Shown here: piece by piece, positions 27,333-41,184 of the stretch
How positions within the stretch are numbered: position 1 is the stretch's first letter
Layout: each line of letters opens with the position of its first letter
Origin: Eledone cirrhosa
Taxonomy: Eukaryota
Length of the DNA: 64,000 bases
Direction: 5' to 3'
Assembly: GCA_964016885.1 (NCBI GenBank)
Contig: OZ024741.1
Coordinates: forward strand, 115,940,001 to 116,004,000
The notes under the pieces: generated by a model
Told to the model about the DNA's origin: nothing
What the model saw: only the letters and a program-made list of their open reading frames with translations
Databases searched by the model: none
Translations under genes and position numbers: made by a program

Positions 27333-28824
27333 TGAACTTGCCTATAGAACAATGAGGGAGTGAGTGGAGCCGGTCAAGCGTTGAAAGTGAAATCTATACA
27401 GCAGATTCAAAGGATAGTGTATGAAAAGTCGAAAAACTGTTCTGGAGAAAATGTAGGAGGGAGGTTATAGAATAGGTAAGTCAAATGAGAGTAGGAGACA
27501 TTAAAAAATAATAGAAAGAAATATAACAATATATAACTAGATAGTGATAAATGAATAAAAAGAAAAGTAGAGTCTAGAAACAGCTGCTCTAATTAGTAGG
27601 TGTTGCTTGTACGGCCAAAGCTATAGAAAAGGTTAATAAGTTGAGAATGGAAAATATTAAGTAAGAAATTGTAGAAGTGGGTAGTGAAAAAATATACTGC
27701 AAACTTTTCAGGGGTGTAACACAGCTGCTATAAACAGTTAGTAGAGCGTATTCCCCAATGCTATCTTACAATTACAGGTTAATAAGTTGAGAATAGAAAA
27801 TACTAAATAAGAAATTTTGAAATTGTAGAATTGGAGAGTAACAAAAATGATACAAAATTACAGGGGTCTAACACATCTGCTATAAATGGTTAGTAAAGCG
27901 TATTCGGCCAATTCTATCTTAAAATTACAGGGGTGGGGGTACTGAGGCTACAGAGGCCCGATGGGCCGCATCGGGGTAAGCGAAAGGGGGAAAACAGACG
28001 AGGAAGAAGATCGGGGTGGAAGGAAGTGATAGGATGAGACAGGGGGAAGAAGAAAACATCGAGGAAAAGAAAAGAGGTACATCTACCTATGTAAGCTGGG
28101 GTTTCCCCTAACTTATTCGGCAAGTGGGGGGTATCAACCCTTGTCTACCCACCATGGTCGTTATGGGGTTTGAGGGCGAGGTAAGTCCTACGCAATCTGT
28201 CTTTGCATGATAGCATTGGCAGAATACGCTTCACTAACTATTTATAGCAGCTAGTTAGACACCTGAAAAGTTTGCATTATATCGGTAGAAAGTCGGACGC
28301 CATGCTTTCCAGCATAGTTACGTCCCTTTACGGTTTGAGTTCAAATCCCGCCGAGGTTCACTTTGCCTTTCATCCTTACGGGGTCGATAAAATAAAGTAC
28401 CAGTAATGTACTGGTTAATTGCTGGCCTTGTGCCAAAAAAGTGGAAACAATTATATTTTTTCACTACCCACTTCTACAATTTCTTATTTAGTATTTTCCA
28501 TTCTCAACTTATTAACCTTTTCTATAGCTTTGACCGTACAAGCAACACCTACTAATTAGAGCAGCTGTTTCTAGACTCTACTGTGTTTTTTTCTATTCAT
28601 TTCTCACTATCTGATTTTATATATATTTTTTCATATTTCTTTCTATTATTTTTTATTGTCTCCTACTCTCATTTGACTTACCTATTCTATAACCACCCTC
28701 CTCCATTTTCTCTAGAACAATTTTTCGACTTTTCATACACTATCCTGAGAATCTACTGTATAGATTTCACTTTCAACGCTTGACCGGCTCCATTCACTCC
28801 CTCATTGTTCTACAGGCAAGTTCA
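27333..28824. repeat. Large inverted duplication (arms about 27333-27760 and 28210-28824), with a SINE (28282-28453) in the right arm
   Basis: GAACTTGCCTATAGAACAATGAGG...AAGCGTTGAAAGTG versus its reverse complement ending at 28824. Confidence 0.8.
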
Positions 28825-28980
28825 TATATATATAACTTCGATACTCACCTGGCGCACATTTTATTATATATATATATCCCATACACATACACATATTTTG
28901 TTCTTCTTTCTCCCGACTCTCACCTGTTTTAGATAAACTGAACAAGGAAAGTCCGAATATCCATATATTATTTAAAATAA

Positions 28981-29171
28981 GGGTGGTGGATTGGCAGAAT
29001 CAGTAGAGGGTCGGACGCCATGCTTTGACGCATAGAGTTACGGTCCTTGCCATTCTGAGTTCAAATCCCACCGAGGTTAACTTTGCCTTTCATCCTTACG
29101 GGGTCGATAAAATAAAGTACCAGTAATGTACTGGGTAATTGATGGCCTTGTGCCAAAAGTAGAAACAATTA
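28981..29171 (+). mobile_element. tRNA-derived SINE, full length
   Basis: Consensus; TSD ATTATTTAAAATAAG. An older diverged copy lies at 29794-30010. Confidence 0.88.
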
Positions 29172-29237
29172 TTTAAAATAAGTTTATTTCTCGTTACTCA
29201 AGTTTCATATCACTGCAATCTACGAACGAGAAACACC

Positions 29238-29772
29238 TTCTTCTTCTTCTTCTTCTTCTTCTTCTTCTTCTTCTTCTTCTTCTTCTTCTTCTATACAACC
29301 ATCTTGCTTGGAAGTTACCCTTGGATCCCTTGCCGCCGGGTGGGTTTGCCTGTAAAAATCTATCCAGTGATTCTTTTCTGAGACATTCTAACCACATACC
29401 CATAATATTGGAGCTGTGATCTCTCATTTCGGAGAAGTAGTGGTTCTACGTGGAGTGACTCTCTGATCTCCGCGTTATGCGCTTTATCGAGTAACGTTAC
29501 ACCGAGGTCCCTTCGGTGGAATCCCATTCCAGCCGCTTGTATTCGCGATCATATTCTTTTGGTCATTATCCAAGATAAAAGGCAGCGAGTTTGGCTTTTA
29601 CACGTACCTCCCTTCTTCTGGTTACTGAATGCTAAAGCTCCTGTAATTCTTTCACATAGTTCGGCCTCCTGCATGCCATCACTTGTGAAAACAGACCCGA
29701 GATACTTGAACTTTTGTTCTTGCTTCAGTGGGACTCCATTCACATGTAGAATGCATTGCGCAGGCTGAGTAG
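29238..29772 (-). mobile_element. RTE-like LINE 3' fragment with (GAA)n tail
   Basis: GVPLKQEQKFKYLGSVFTSDG; (CTT)n at 29238-29290; possible TSD GAACGAGAAA. Confidence 0.65.
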
Positions 29773-30789
29773 TGAACGAGAAATTATTATTATTGGGTGG
29801 TGGATTGGTAGAATCGTTAGACCGTCGGACAAAATGCTTCGAGTATTCAGTTTTCGAAGTTTACGTTTTGCGTACAAATCTAACTGTGTCAACTTTATCT
29901 TTCTTTATCTTCTGAAGTCGCTAAAATAAAGTACAAGTCCAGTACTGGAGTTAATTTAACCGACCTTTAGCTTTCTCCAAAGTGCTGGCCTTGTACCCAT
30001 GTAAGGATTAATATTATCAATTTTATATTTAAACGATTGTTCTCTTACTAAGACGAAAAAGACCACTCCATTGGATTGTAATAATTTTCATGAAATACTG
30101 TATCTTATATTTCCCTGCTAAACGTTATCTGCATGAATGGGGAATAATGTGATAAAACGTGGAAACAGGAAATAAGCTGATATTAACCTCATGGTAAATG
30201 TAAAAAAAGTACGCACTTTGTCCTCAACAACTTCAGATAACCGTTGGGTAAGAAATAAACGATAATTGCCATTCTGGTTTTATACGAGACAGTGGAATAT
30301 TGTAACTACGTAACAATTACGAAATATATTTGAGTATTTAGTTCTGTTTCTCAACCATCTGTTATAAATCCTATCTTTCGGCATTTTCCAGATATAAACT
30401 ACAATCAACATAACCGTATTTCTTTTCAGGAATTGGTATCACTGTATTTGATAAATGTAAGAACGGAAGTTCAACTATTCTACTTGCACATCTATGGAGA
30501 ACTATAGTAACTTTTCTATCTGCATATCTATGGAGGACTATAGTTTATAGTTTAGGTTGAAAATAACTGAAAATGCTTCATTGATTGAATTATCATTTGG
30601 AAACCACAAGCGTCAAAAAGAGTTGTTTATCAATCGGATATTCAAGTACACTTTCTGAAACAGTGGAAACACTTCTTCAGATACTATATAGTTTCCTGAC
30701 AAAGTATCGGCCGCTTTCTGTTAGGTTTATCGTTGAATATATAGAGGTAAATCTGGTGTCTTGAGTCCATGGGCCATTTCCATACTTAC

Positions 30790-30923
30790 TGCTATCGGGC
30801 TGGACATAGCTTTCCATAAGAATGCACCGTGTGATTTAGACTGGAGTTTCAGTGCATCTCCCTCGCTACCTTTCGGCGTAACGCATTTACCATCCTGTTC
30901 TCCGGGGTCCAGAAACAACTTGC
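30790..30923 (-). CDS. Candidate internal host exon (134 nt; KLFLDPGEQDGKCVTPKGSEGDALKLQSKSHGAFLWKAMSSPIA)
   Basis: Acceptor ATTTCAG|G, donor GCA|GTAAGT, only one open frame, GC-richer than flanks, lies in the only apparently unique DNA. Confidence 0.45.
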
Positions 30924-32579
30924 CTGAAATTATTTATGAATTCTGGTTGAAAACAAATTCAGTTTCACGAGTCAAAGCAGAGAATAAAAACATTACGATA
31001 TGCCATGGGGTGTTTAGAGTTTCCAATATCCACCACTCTAATTTTGTGTAACATCTAACTAGTTTATTCATATCTTTATTATTGTTCAATTCGGTTCCTT
31101 TAAGTTATGAAGGATGAGATGTATGAGTTGGGTGGATGAGCTGATGTAACTGACGTTCAATTTTATCTTTAGTAGTAAATACGTATGGGAACTGAAATAG
31201 TAATCTGTATGTTTATATGGATCCGTAGCTAGTGATGGAGTCGTAGTGACATACGTCGTTTCTGGCGTTTAAAAAGGGTTGAACACTGCCCATTTCTTCC
31301 AAGGAGGAATGGCAAAATTGACCACACTGGGAGCCAAAACGAATACCACAAAGCATTCTATCTGATACTTTAATAACCCTTCCAATTCACCGTCCAGTGA
31401 GATATATTATTTCCGAAAACGATGTTCCCATATATTTGTGTGTTTGTGTATTTGATGTCAACGTATAGATGTACATATCTTTGATTTTAAGTGGCTCATC
31501 TAAATAGCCTTCGAAAGCATTTTAATTGAATGGAAACTGAATCAAGTGACGTCTTTATATTTTCATTTATTTCCTTAGAATAAATGCATTTTTTAAATGC
31601 CTTTAGGCAATAGATACCGAGCTTATCATTAGATATACCATCGTAAATGACGTATTAGAATGGCAAGATAAGAAAGAATAAGAAAGAAAAAAAACAACAC
31701 ACCGTTTATAGTGTTCTTTCGGTTATCGATGTTAGATATTCTAAATATCTTCCATCCTAATGCATCGAAAAGAATTGCCGAATATTGTGTATTACGTACG
31801 TTTCTGGGAGAAATGCTTTCAATCCGAATCGATCTCATGACACTTCACGCTAAATAACTCCAATTTCTAACATGATGTTAACAGCGTTCAGTGTATAATA
31901 ATAATTCCAAGGTTTTCATTAGATTTCCAGCTTTAAATCTAAATCTTAATATAAAGTGTCATATTTCATATATAGATATTTTCACAGAAAGAAGCCAATT
32001 TCACGCTTCGAAAAGATGTACGTCATACACAATTTTACCACCAATGTTCTCCACAAAAATATCTTTCTCCGAAACTCTATTATAAAGCGTTTAAATATAT
32101 CTCTTGTGCCTTCTGTTTTAAATTACAACTAAATAAAAAGCAGAATAAATTAAAACCAATCCAACGATGTTACGTTTAATGGACAACGATTTCGGGTACA
32201 TAAGCACTAAACAAATTTCAATGTTTTACTCAGCAAAATATTTCCTTTGTTAACTCCAGAACTTACATACATTAGGTTTCTATAGATTACTTGGTAAAAA
32301 AAACGTCATTGGTTACGAGTTTGGAACGTTGCCAATCATTAATTCGCCGCATCACTGAAGGCAATGGGGACAAAGGAGCGTCTATAACTTGATTTCTCAA
32401 GAAACGTTATTCGTAAACCATGGTGTTTTCCTTCTTCTCGGCGATGTTTTATAACGTTCATCAATGAATATTAGAGAATTCGAAGATCTAAACTATAATA
32501 AAGCAAGGAGCGCGGGACAGCTTCCAGAATATAATTTTTTTTATCCCGTTTGTAAAATAAGTTGCATTACTTTGAATAA

Positions 32580-32768
32580 ATAATTGTTTCTACTTTAGGA
32601 ACAAGGCCAGCAATTACTCAGTGCATTACTGGTACTTTATTTTATCGACCCCGTAAGGATGAAAGGCAAAGTCAACCTCGGCGGGATTTGAACTCAGATC
32701 GTAAAGGGTCGTAACTATTCTGGAAAGCATGGCGTCCGACCCTCTACCGATAAGCCAATCCACCGCCC
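32580..32768 (-). mobile_element. tRNA-derived SINE, full length
   Basis: Consensus; TSD TTACTTTGAATAAATAAT. Confidence 0.9.
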
Positions 32769-32822
32769 TTTTACTTTGAATAAATAATGAATGAATATTA
32801 CATAATTTATCTACTAAAATTC

Positions 32823-33209
<387 letters not shown>

Positions 33210-33288
33210 GTGACATATTTGGTAAGTCACATATTTGGTAAGTCAGACGTGATCATCGCGATTCACATACGACCTACCATACATCTTA

Positions 33289-33346
<58 letters not shown>

Positions 33347-33529
33347 TAAACGGAAAAGAAAATGCTGACAAATTGTTCACACTGAAAAATAGTTTAATTA
33401 GGAATAAGTGAAAATTACTAATAGTATTGGTTAGTATTCAGTTTTGGTTTTAAGTTTTACCGGTTGCGCATTTCTAATGCTTTTCAAAAATAATTTTGAG
33501 ATAGAGCGCCCGTGATGTTTGCTCTAATC

Positions 33530-33624
<95 letters not shown>

Positions 33625-33628
33625 TTTA

Positions 33629-33760
33629 TTTTATTTTATAGAAGGAGCTTCTACAGGACTAGTACTGTTTCATTCAGATGAAATCTTCAGGAAGCTTCCT
33701 GAAGATTTCATCTGAATGAAACAGTACTAGTCCTGTAGAAGCTCCTTCTATAAAATAAAA
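33629..33760. repeat. 132-bp perfect palindrome encoding an HHR on each strand
   Basis: Centre AAG|CTT at 33694/33695; arms checked base by base. Confidence 0.92.
33693..33743 (+). ncRNA. Type I hammerhead ribozyme (mirror copy at 33646-33696, minus)
   Basis: AGCTTC / CTGAAGA / tTTC-atct-GAAt / GAAACAG-tactagtc-CTGTA / GAAGCT; GUA cleavage triplet at 33735-33737. Confidence 0.82.
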
Positions 33761-33829
33761 AAAGTTTACTCTGCCATGTATTGAGTACCTTACTTACTGT
33801 GGTTATCCCCGACTCAACCCGGGACCTAC

Positions 33830-33869
<40 letters not shown>

Positions 33870-34020
33870 GGATACTATTTATAGTTATGTATATTATAAA
33901 CTTTTTATAGTTATGTATATTTTAAACCATAAACAAGGAAGGTCAGTAATTTATTACTACCTTATTACCAGTAAGATAAATAGCTAAATGTAATAACATC
34001 AGTAGTTCAACAGAGCAGTT

Positions 34021-34099
<79 letters not shown>

Positions 34100-34105
<6 letters not shown>

Positions 34106-36105
34106 ATATTAAATAAATGGAAACTATATTTATAAAACCATATTTATGTTCTTATATATATTTCAAGGGTACCAAGTCAACATTGGTACGCTTTCATCAG
34201 ATAAAATACAAAGTCTGTGTTACAAATAGAGACATACCCATGAAAATCATACCTTATCGGTTGTAAATTCACTGGATAGCGGAAATATATTAGGGATTAT
34301 TCAAACTTATGTGTGAATATGCAAATGAATATGTAAATAATTGAAAACCAACCGTTTATTTAAACGACACCGGAGAAAGAGAGAGAGAAGATATACGAGA
34401 GAAAGATAAAAATATTACGAGAATGAGAGAGAGAGAAGAAATAAACAAGAGAGGATGAATAAAACTCATATAACGTTAATTTGAGGGAAATATATTCTAA
34501 GTATATATCTTAATAGTACGTGTATTTACGATTATTAGTTGTTTAAAATTCGTTTATAATATAATAGTTTCTGTTATAAGTAGATAAATAAATAAATAAA
34601 TAAATAAATAGATAGGTATATCATGTTATAGATAATTGTTTTAATGAGTTATGGGGGATATTGGTTTTGTATTTAATGTAAGTAAATATTAAGTTAAATT
34701 AAATTAAATTAACTGAGTTAATAAGAATATTTATATTTATATATTTTTAAAATGGGAAGATACGGAAAAACTCCAATTTAATTTATTCATTCGTTAGTAT
34801 GAGACTATTTAGTCAAATTAAGTATAAATGTTGAAAGATATATTTAGCCAGAATCAGTTAGTGGTTATAAATCTAACAAAAAATATTGAAAAAATATTAA
34901 AAATTTGAGAACATTTAAAAACAAAAAAATTTATAAGAGATAAGTAATTTTTAAAAGAAATAAAAATTAAAGAAATAAAAATAAAGAATTAAAAATTATT
35001 AAGATTAAAATTACAATTAAAATTAAAATTAAAATTAAAATGTTTAAGGAAATTAGAATTATATATGTATATATTTTATGAAACTTTAAGAAGTGAAAAT
35101 ATAGCAAATGTTATAGATATTATGATTTAGAGATATCAATATATTAAAACCAAGTGGATAAGATTGTTATGGAAATAAGTAGAAATATTATAAGTATAAT
35201 TATAATTTATATATAGTTCTGAATGTTGAATTCAGGCGATGTCTACAATAATTAAATAAATTCGTTCTTAGATTAATAGAGTTCTTACATTTAAGTATGA
35301 AAGAGATTTCCTCAACACACAATTTACAGAATCTAGATAAAGCTGTGTTTCGGTACGCGGGTGCCTTCGAAACTATTTCCAAAGTTAATGAATAGTCCAT
35401 ATTCTTGCATTTTAAGTTCCATATCAGGTTTGATAGCGAAGTTGAAGATTTTTTATCATGTTTTCGGAAAGAGCATTTGTGATTATTCCAGCGACTTTTA
35501 AATTCTGTAGAAGTTGCACCTACATAGTTAAATATATTATCACTGGTTTTGACTGTACATTTATAGAACACGTCCTCATCTAAACACTTATTTTGTAAAG
35601 GACAGTTTGATTTAATTCTACAGTTACATTTTGCGGAGTTGTTGTTATTCAGAACGGTACTATTCTAGAGATATTACTGCTATTTTTGTTATTTTGGTTA
35701 GGGTTTAAATTTCTATTATTAATTCTATTTATATTTTGTGTTATGTTCGTAGTAGTAGAGTAGGATAGTTTTATAGTATATCTGTTAAAGATTGAGTGGT
35801 ATCTGTGGGCTTTAGGAAAACATTTATCTAGTGCTTTAAAGAATAGCTTTGCTAAAGGTGTTTTTACGCTTCATGAGAATGGGGGTGAATACCAAATAAT
35901 ATTTCTAGTCCTATTTCTTCTGTTAGTTTTAGAGTTTAAGTTAAATTTTTATTATAATCATAATTAATAGTAGGGTTATTTGCCTTATTACTGTTTTCGA
36001 TGTATTTAATCTTATTTATATAGCCTGCTCTATTTAAAGCTTCATTATAATATTCAGCCTTATCGTCAAAAATGTTTTTATTAGCAGAGATGCGTGAAAT
36101 ACGTT
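34100..36105 (-). mobile_element. Penelope-like element 3' part (GIY-YIG at 35200-35600 plus AT-rich 3' region)
   Basis: IIWYSPPFS, KLSYSTT, CNCR..CPL..KC, VFYKCTV...YVGATSTEFKSRWNNHK, CKLCVEE, CRH. Confidence 0.8.
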
Positions 36106-36109
36106 GTAG

Positions 36110-39100
36110 GGTGATTAAAGTTAAAACTTACATAGTTTAGATTCTCATTTTTAAATATACTGAAATATTTCGATATCACTCAAGCAGGAAATTCTTTTCT
36201 CCATAAGATACGGGCATATAATAAAGTGCTTGCCCTAGCTTCAATTGGTTGCAAAGAGATTAAAGCACTAGGATTTAGTCCCTCATTTAAGATCCAGGGT
36301 AAGATTTGTCATATTATTTGATCACTACTTCCAAGTGATGTTTTACCCAAGTTTGTGCAGCTTAACTCTATGATACAGATCATGAGCTTCAGAATCGCTT
36401 GCGTCATGCTAATTTAGATGCTGCTGTCCTGCAGGACCTGCAAGAAGACTTGCACTACTGCAACACCTATATAAGAAGCTTCAAGTCAGTCATTGAAATG
36501 CCAGTTTCTGAAAATGTGAATATTGTCCTACATGCTGACAAAGTAAAACCTACTGATTTTCATTGTCGCACATATAATCTTCCCATGGCATCTGAGATTG
36601 CTGTTATTCAACCTCATACAGCATTAGGTCTTTTGGATGTCATCATTTATAAAAGAGATGGTGGTCTTCAGAGGATTCATCAGTTGCACCGTTCTTATCA
36701 TCCTCTGCATTATGTGCTACTGTCTCCTTGGGGGAATGATGGGTTTCAGGTTGGTTTGAAAAGGATTGACAATAACCACACACTCACACCCACTGATTTC
36801 TACTGTTATCGGTTTCAGGTTAGGCAAGGTGTAACATTATCGTGAGGGCAGGCGGCTGATGCAGCAATATGCTGTAGATGCCCAGTCAAAAATAGAACAT
36901 TGTCGCCTCAAATGGGCCCGCAACAATCAAACCATGATACGAGCTGAAAAGTATGAGAGTTTGTATGATGATGTGGCTGAAGGAGATTCAGTAAATGCAG
37001 GCCGGTTCACCTCGCTTATACAGTGAGTGCTTTCAGAATTCGATGACTGTGGTTCGACACATGTGAAAGCCATCTTATTTCATCACGGTAACAACTAACC
37101 CTAACTGGGACGAAATAAAAAATAGTTTGCACCCTAGTGAAGAACCTAGAGACCGTCCTGATATTTGTGCAAGAGACTTCAAGATCAAGTATGACAGCTT
37201 CATGGATGACATACTGAAAAAAATAAATGTCCTAGGAAAAGTTGTGGCTACAATAGAGTGGCAGAAACGAGGCCTCACTCATGCTCATATTCTGCTGATA
37301 ATGGCTGAAGATAGCAAACCCCAAACTGCTGATGTCATTGATCAGGTAGTGTACATTGAGATTCCTGATAAAGAGACCAATCCAATTCTGCATAAGATCA
37401 TCACATCCTGCAACATTCATGGCCCATGTGGACAAGCTAATATGATGTGCCAATATGATGTGCCATTATGATGTGCCATTGCTCAAAAAGTTATCAAAAG
37501 TCATTCAGACAAACGACATTTGTTGCCGAAAATTCCTTTCCGGAGTATAGAAGAAGTATAGAAGTATAGAAGAAGGGATAGACAGCATGGTGGTCACACC
37601 CATACAATCCAACTTAAAGGTCAAGAATTTACTGTTGATAATCATTGGATTGTTCCATACAACCCTTTCCTCTCATTGCGATATCAGTGCCACATCAATT
37701 GTGTGGTTGTACACAGTGTCAAGGCTGTTAAGTACTTATATAAATACATCACGAAAGGATCAGCCAAAATCACTTTCACTATTAAGGATAATCAAGGAAA
37801 TTGTGTCCATGCCCAAAATGAGATTGAGACCCAAAATGAGATTGCACGGTACATCTCAGCCAGTAAAGCATTCTGGAGAATCTATAAATATCCATTACAT
37901 CATCGAAAACCGCCAGTTGAAAAGTTGCCTTGCCAACCTGGGGAACAAATAGTCGTGTATGAGCGAGGGCAGGATGAAAGTGTTGTTTCTAGGGGACAGC
38001 CAATGACTAAATTGACGGAATATGTTCAACTGAATATTAGAGATCCACTGGCACAAATCATATTGTATATTGATATTCCTAAATATTTAACTTGGACAAA
38101 CAAAAAGGGGAAAGAAGAAAAAGGGAACATCTGGATGGTGATCAACAATTTATGAGTGAATCTCTTGGACGCATTCCAACAGTATCTCTCAGTAGACATC
38201 AATCTGAATTATATTACCTCAGGATGATCCTACATCACAAGGCTGGGTCAACTTCATACAAAGAATTGAGGACAATTGAAGGAGTTGAAATTTCAACATT
38301 CCAAGAAGCATGCAGGAAACTTGGTCTGGTAGATGATATGGAGAAAAAGACAAAGCTATGGAAGAGGCCTCATCCATTACGCTTGGTCCTCAGCTGCGAG
38401 AGATCTTTTGCACCATTTTATGATACTGCATGCCAAATGACCCTCTGCAGTTCTGGGAGAAATGGAAGACTTGTCTTGCAGAAGATATCATGCATGAACG
38501 TCGTGAGCAAGTCATGTCCATGTAAACCGTGCAGATTGTTCTACAGAAGATCCAACAAAGACTTCAACATGATGGCTTGGATATTCATCCCAACTATGGA
38601 CTTCCTCGGCCAGATCCAACTATTGTTGCCATACCAGAAATCAACAGGGTTCTTATAGCAGAAACTGATTTCAATACACACCAACTGCAAGCAAACATAA
38701 ATGAACTTCTGCCAACATTGAATCCTGAGCAACTGGTTATTTTTTACAAAGTAATCACTTCTGTAAATGAAAATGAAATAGAATTTTCTGCTTGAATGCA
38801 AGTGCAGGTACAGAAAAGACCTATGTCATAAACATCCTATTGGATTACCTCCGATCTTAAAAGAAAATTGCACTTGCCACTGCCATATCTGGAATAGCAG
38901 CCACTTTGCTTCACAAAGGTAGAATTCTTCATTCCAAGTGCAAGATTCCTCTCAATGTGACTGCTGAATCAACTTGCTTCTTCACAAAGAGGGATGATCC
39001 AGGTAAACTTATGCAGTAAGTTGATCTGCTAATCATTGATGAGATAGGTATGGATGGGACATAAGCATATCTTTGAATGCCTTGACAGGAGCTTCAAAGA

Positions 39101-40737
39101 TATTCGAGATTGAAAAAAGCCATTTGGTGGTCTAACAGTATTACTATCTGGTGACTGGAAGAAAATTCTTCCAGTTGTACGTCATGGTGCTAGACCACAA
39201 ATAGTTGAGGCAACGATCAAGAGATCCTATCTCTGGAACTATATGGAAACCATGGAGATGACAACCACTCAACGGTTAATTAATACAGAGGATTCTGATG
39301 AAAGACAGTTTGCAAACTACCTTCTTCATGTGGGAAATGGTAACATTCCAACTGTAGGTGCATTAACAATTCTTCTGCCAAATGAACTTTGTCTGGAATA
39401 TGGTAATGTGTCTAGACTGTGTGATTTTGTGTATACAAATCTTCCAAGAAACTACACAAACCCACTATGGTTTGCAAATAGAGCCATTATCACTCCAACA
39501 AATGATGCAGCAAGATTGGTGAATGAATTCATGGTCAACAAGTTCCCTGGTCATGAAATAATCTACAGAAGCTATGATATAGTAGATAATTGTTTCTACT
39601 TTAGGCACAAGGCCAGCAAATACCCAGTGCATTACTGGTACTTTATTTTATCGACCCCGTAAGGATGAAAGGCAAAGTCAACCTCGGCGCGATTTGAACT
39701 CAGATCGTAAAGGGACGTAACTATGCTGGAAAGCATGGCGTCCGACCCTCTACCGATACTGCCAATCCACCATTATCTACTATGATATATTATATAATGA
39801 ACTGCAATATCCAATTGAGTTCATCAACAAACTTACCCCATCAGGCTTCCCAACACACATACTTAAACTGAAGAAAGGCGGTTGCATCATGCTTCTGAGA
39901 TATCTGGATCCTCTAAACGGGCATTGCAATGGTACACGCTACATCATCAGTTTACATAATCATGTAATTGAATCTGAAGTGGCATTGGGTCCCAATGCTG
40001 GAACAAGGTTGCTAACCCAAGGATACCACATGTATCTCAAGAGCTTGAGTTCCCTTTCAACTTTACTCGCAAGCAATTTCCTGTCAAACCAGCCTTTGCC
40101 ATTACATGCAACAAGGCACAAGGGCAGACATTTGAAAAGATAGGTGTATATCTACCGACACAATTCTTCTCACATGGTCAGATGTATGTTGCATTATCAC
40201 GAGTTACAAAAAAATAAATATAAAAATATTAAATGAAGGGGGTCTGTTTGCTGACAACTGTGTCTACAAAGAAATTCTACAGTGATGTGAAACAGCTATC
40301 ACTCTTTTTTAGTTGAAATGCATTTCAGTTTCTTTTTAATTGCTAGAAAAGGGACACTACAAAAACTTATGTCTATATGTGAATAAAGTAAAACAACAAT
40401 ATAACGAAGGTCAACTTTCATATTGGTAAATGTAATTCATAGCAGCAGCATCTATTTTCAAATTCACTGCTTGAAGCCTCCCATCGACATTCTCAAGTGA
40501 AGATTCATGAACATTTTCCGTTAGCGGTTTCATCGCTTTTCCATCTCCATTATCGGCTTTTTTTTAAATGTATCATGGATTACTTTACTGATTACAGAAG
40601 TAAGTGTAACACAGTCTTTGTTCAGTTTATGTGCATATTGTCAATTTACATATAATATCTATGTGCATATATATTTGCGTATATCAATATGCACACTATA
40701 TGTGCTAGCAGAAAACTACCCGAGGCGGTTCTGCTAG
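36110..40737 (+). mobile_element. Degenerate Helitron (Rep/PIF1-like helicase pseudogene about 36150-40285)
   Basis: HUH motif EWQKRGLTHAHILL, VKYLYKYITKG, Walker-A-like [39 protein letters not shown]; 3' hairpin plus CTAG at 40704-40737. Confidence 0.9.
39588..39772 (-). mobile_element. tRNA-derived SINE inside the Helitron helicase region
   Basis: Consensus match. Confidence 0.88.
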
Positions 40738-40801
40738 TAAAATATAATGACAACATTCTCCCTTATGTTCTAAACAGAATAGTCATTATTAACCTTCCGT
40801 T

Positions 40802-40837
<36 letters not shown>

Positions 40838-40893
40838 ACTTCACCTGGGTGTGTATGTATACATATATATATATATATATGTATATGTATATG

Positions 40894-40958
<65 letters not shown>

Positions 40959-40959
40959 G

Positions 40960-41184
40960 GAAAAAATGAAACGAAATTTCATTTCTCACTCTTAGTACGG
41001 CTGTTACTTAAATATAAGTATGTATACGTACATACATATATGTATACAGACGTACAGTAGTATGTATATATATATATATATACATACATGCACACATATA
41101 TATATGTACGTATGGATTCACCGAACATTTATTATAATGCTCGGTGTGTTTGTAAACAAACATCCCGAATTAAGCCGTACAGTG
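40960..41184 (-). repeat. Retrozyme monomer fragment (no HHR) directly abutting a Tx1 fragment
   Basis: Reverse complement of CACTGTACGGC..ATTCGGG..GTACTAAGAGTGAGAAATGAAATTTCG. Confidence 0.8.

Noticed and set aside
34170-34290. HHR at the 3' end of the third Penelope element (CTGATGAAAG on minus); similar weak hints at 13130-13160 and 25880-25945
   Set aside because: Could not build stems I-III convincingly.
36110-40737. Host gene capture or active RepHel in the Helitron
   Set aside because: All recognisable fragments are Rep/helicase with many stops, frameshifts and a SINE insertion; no captured exon seen.
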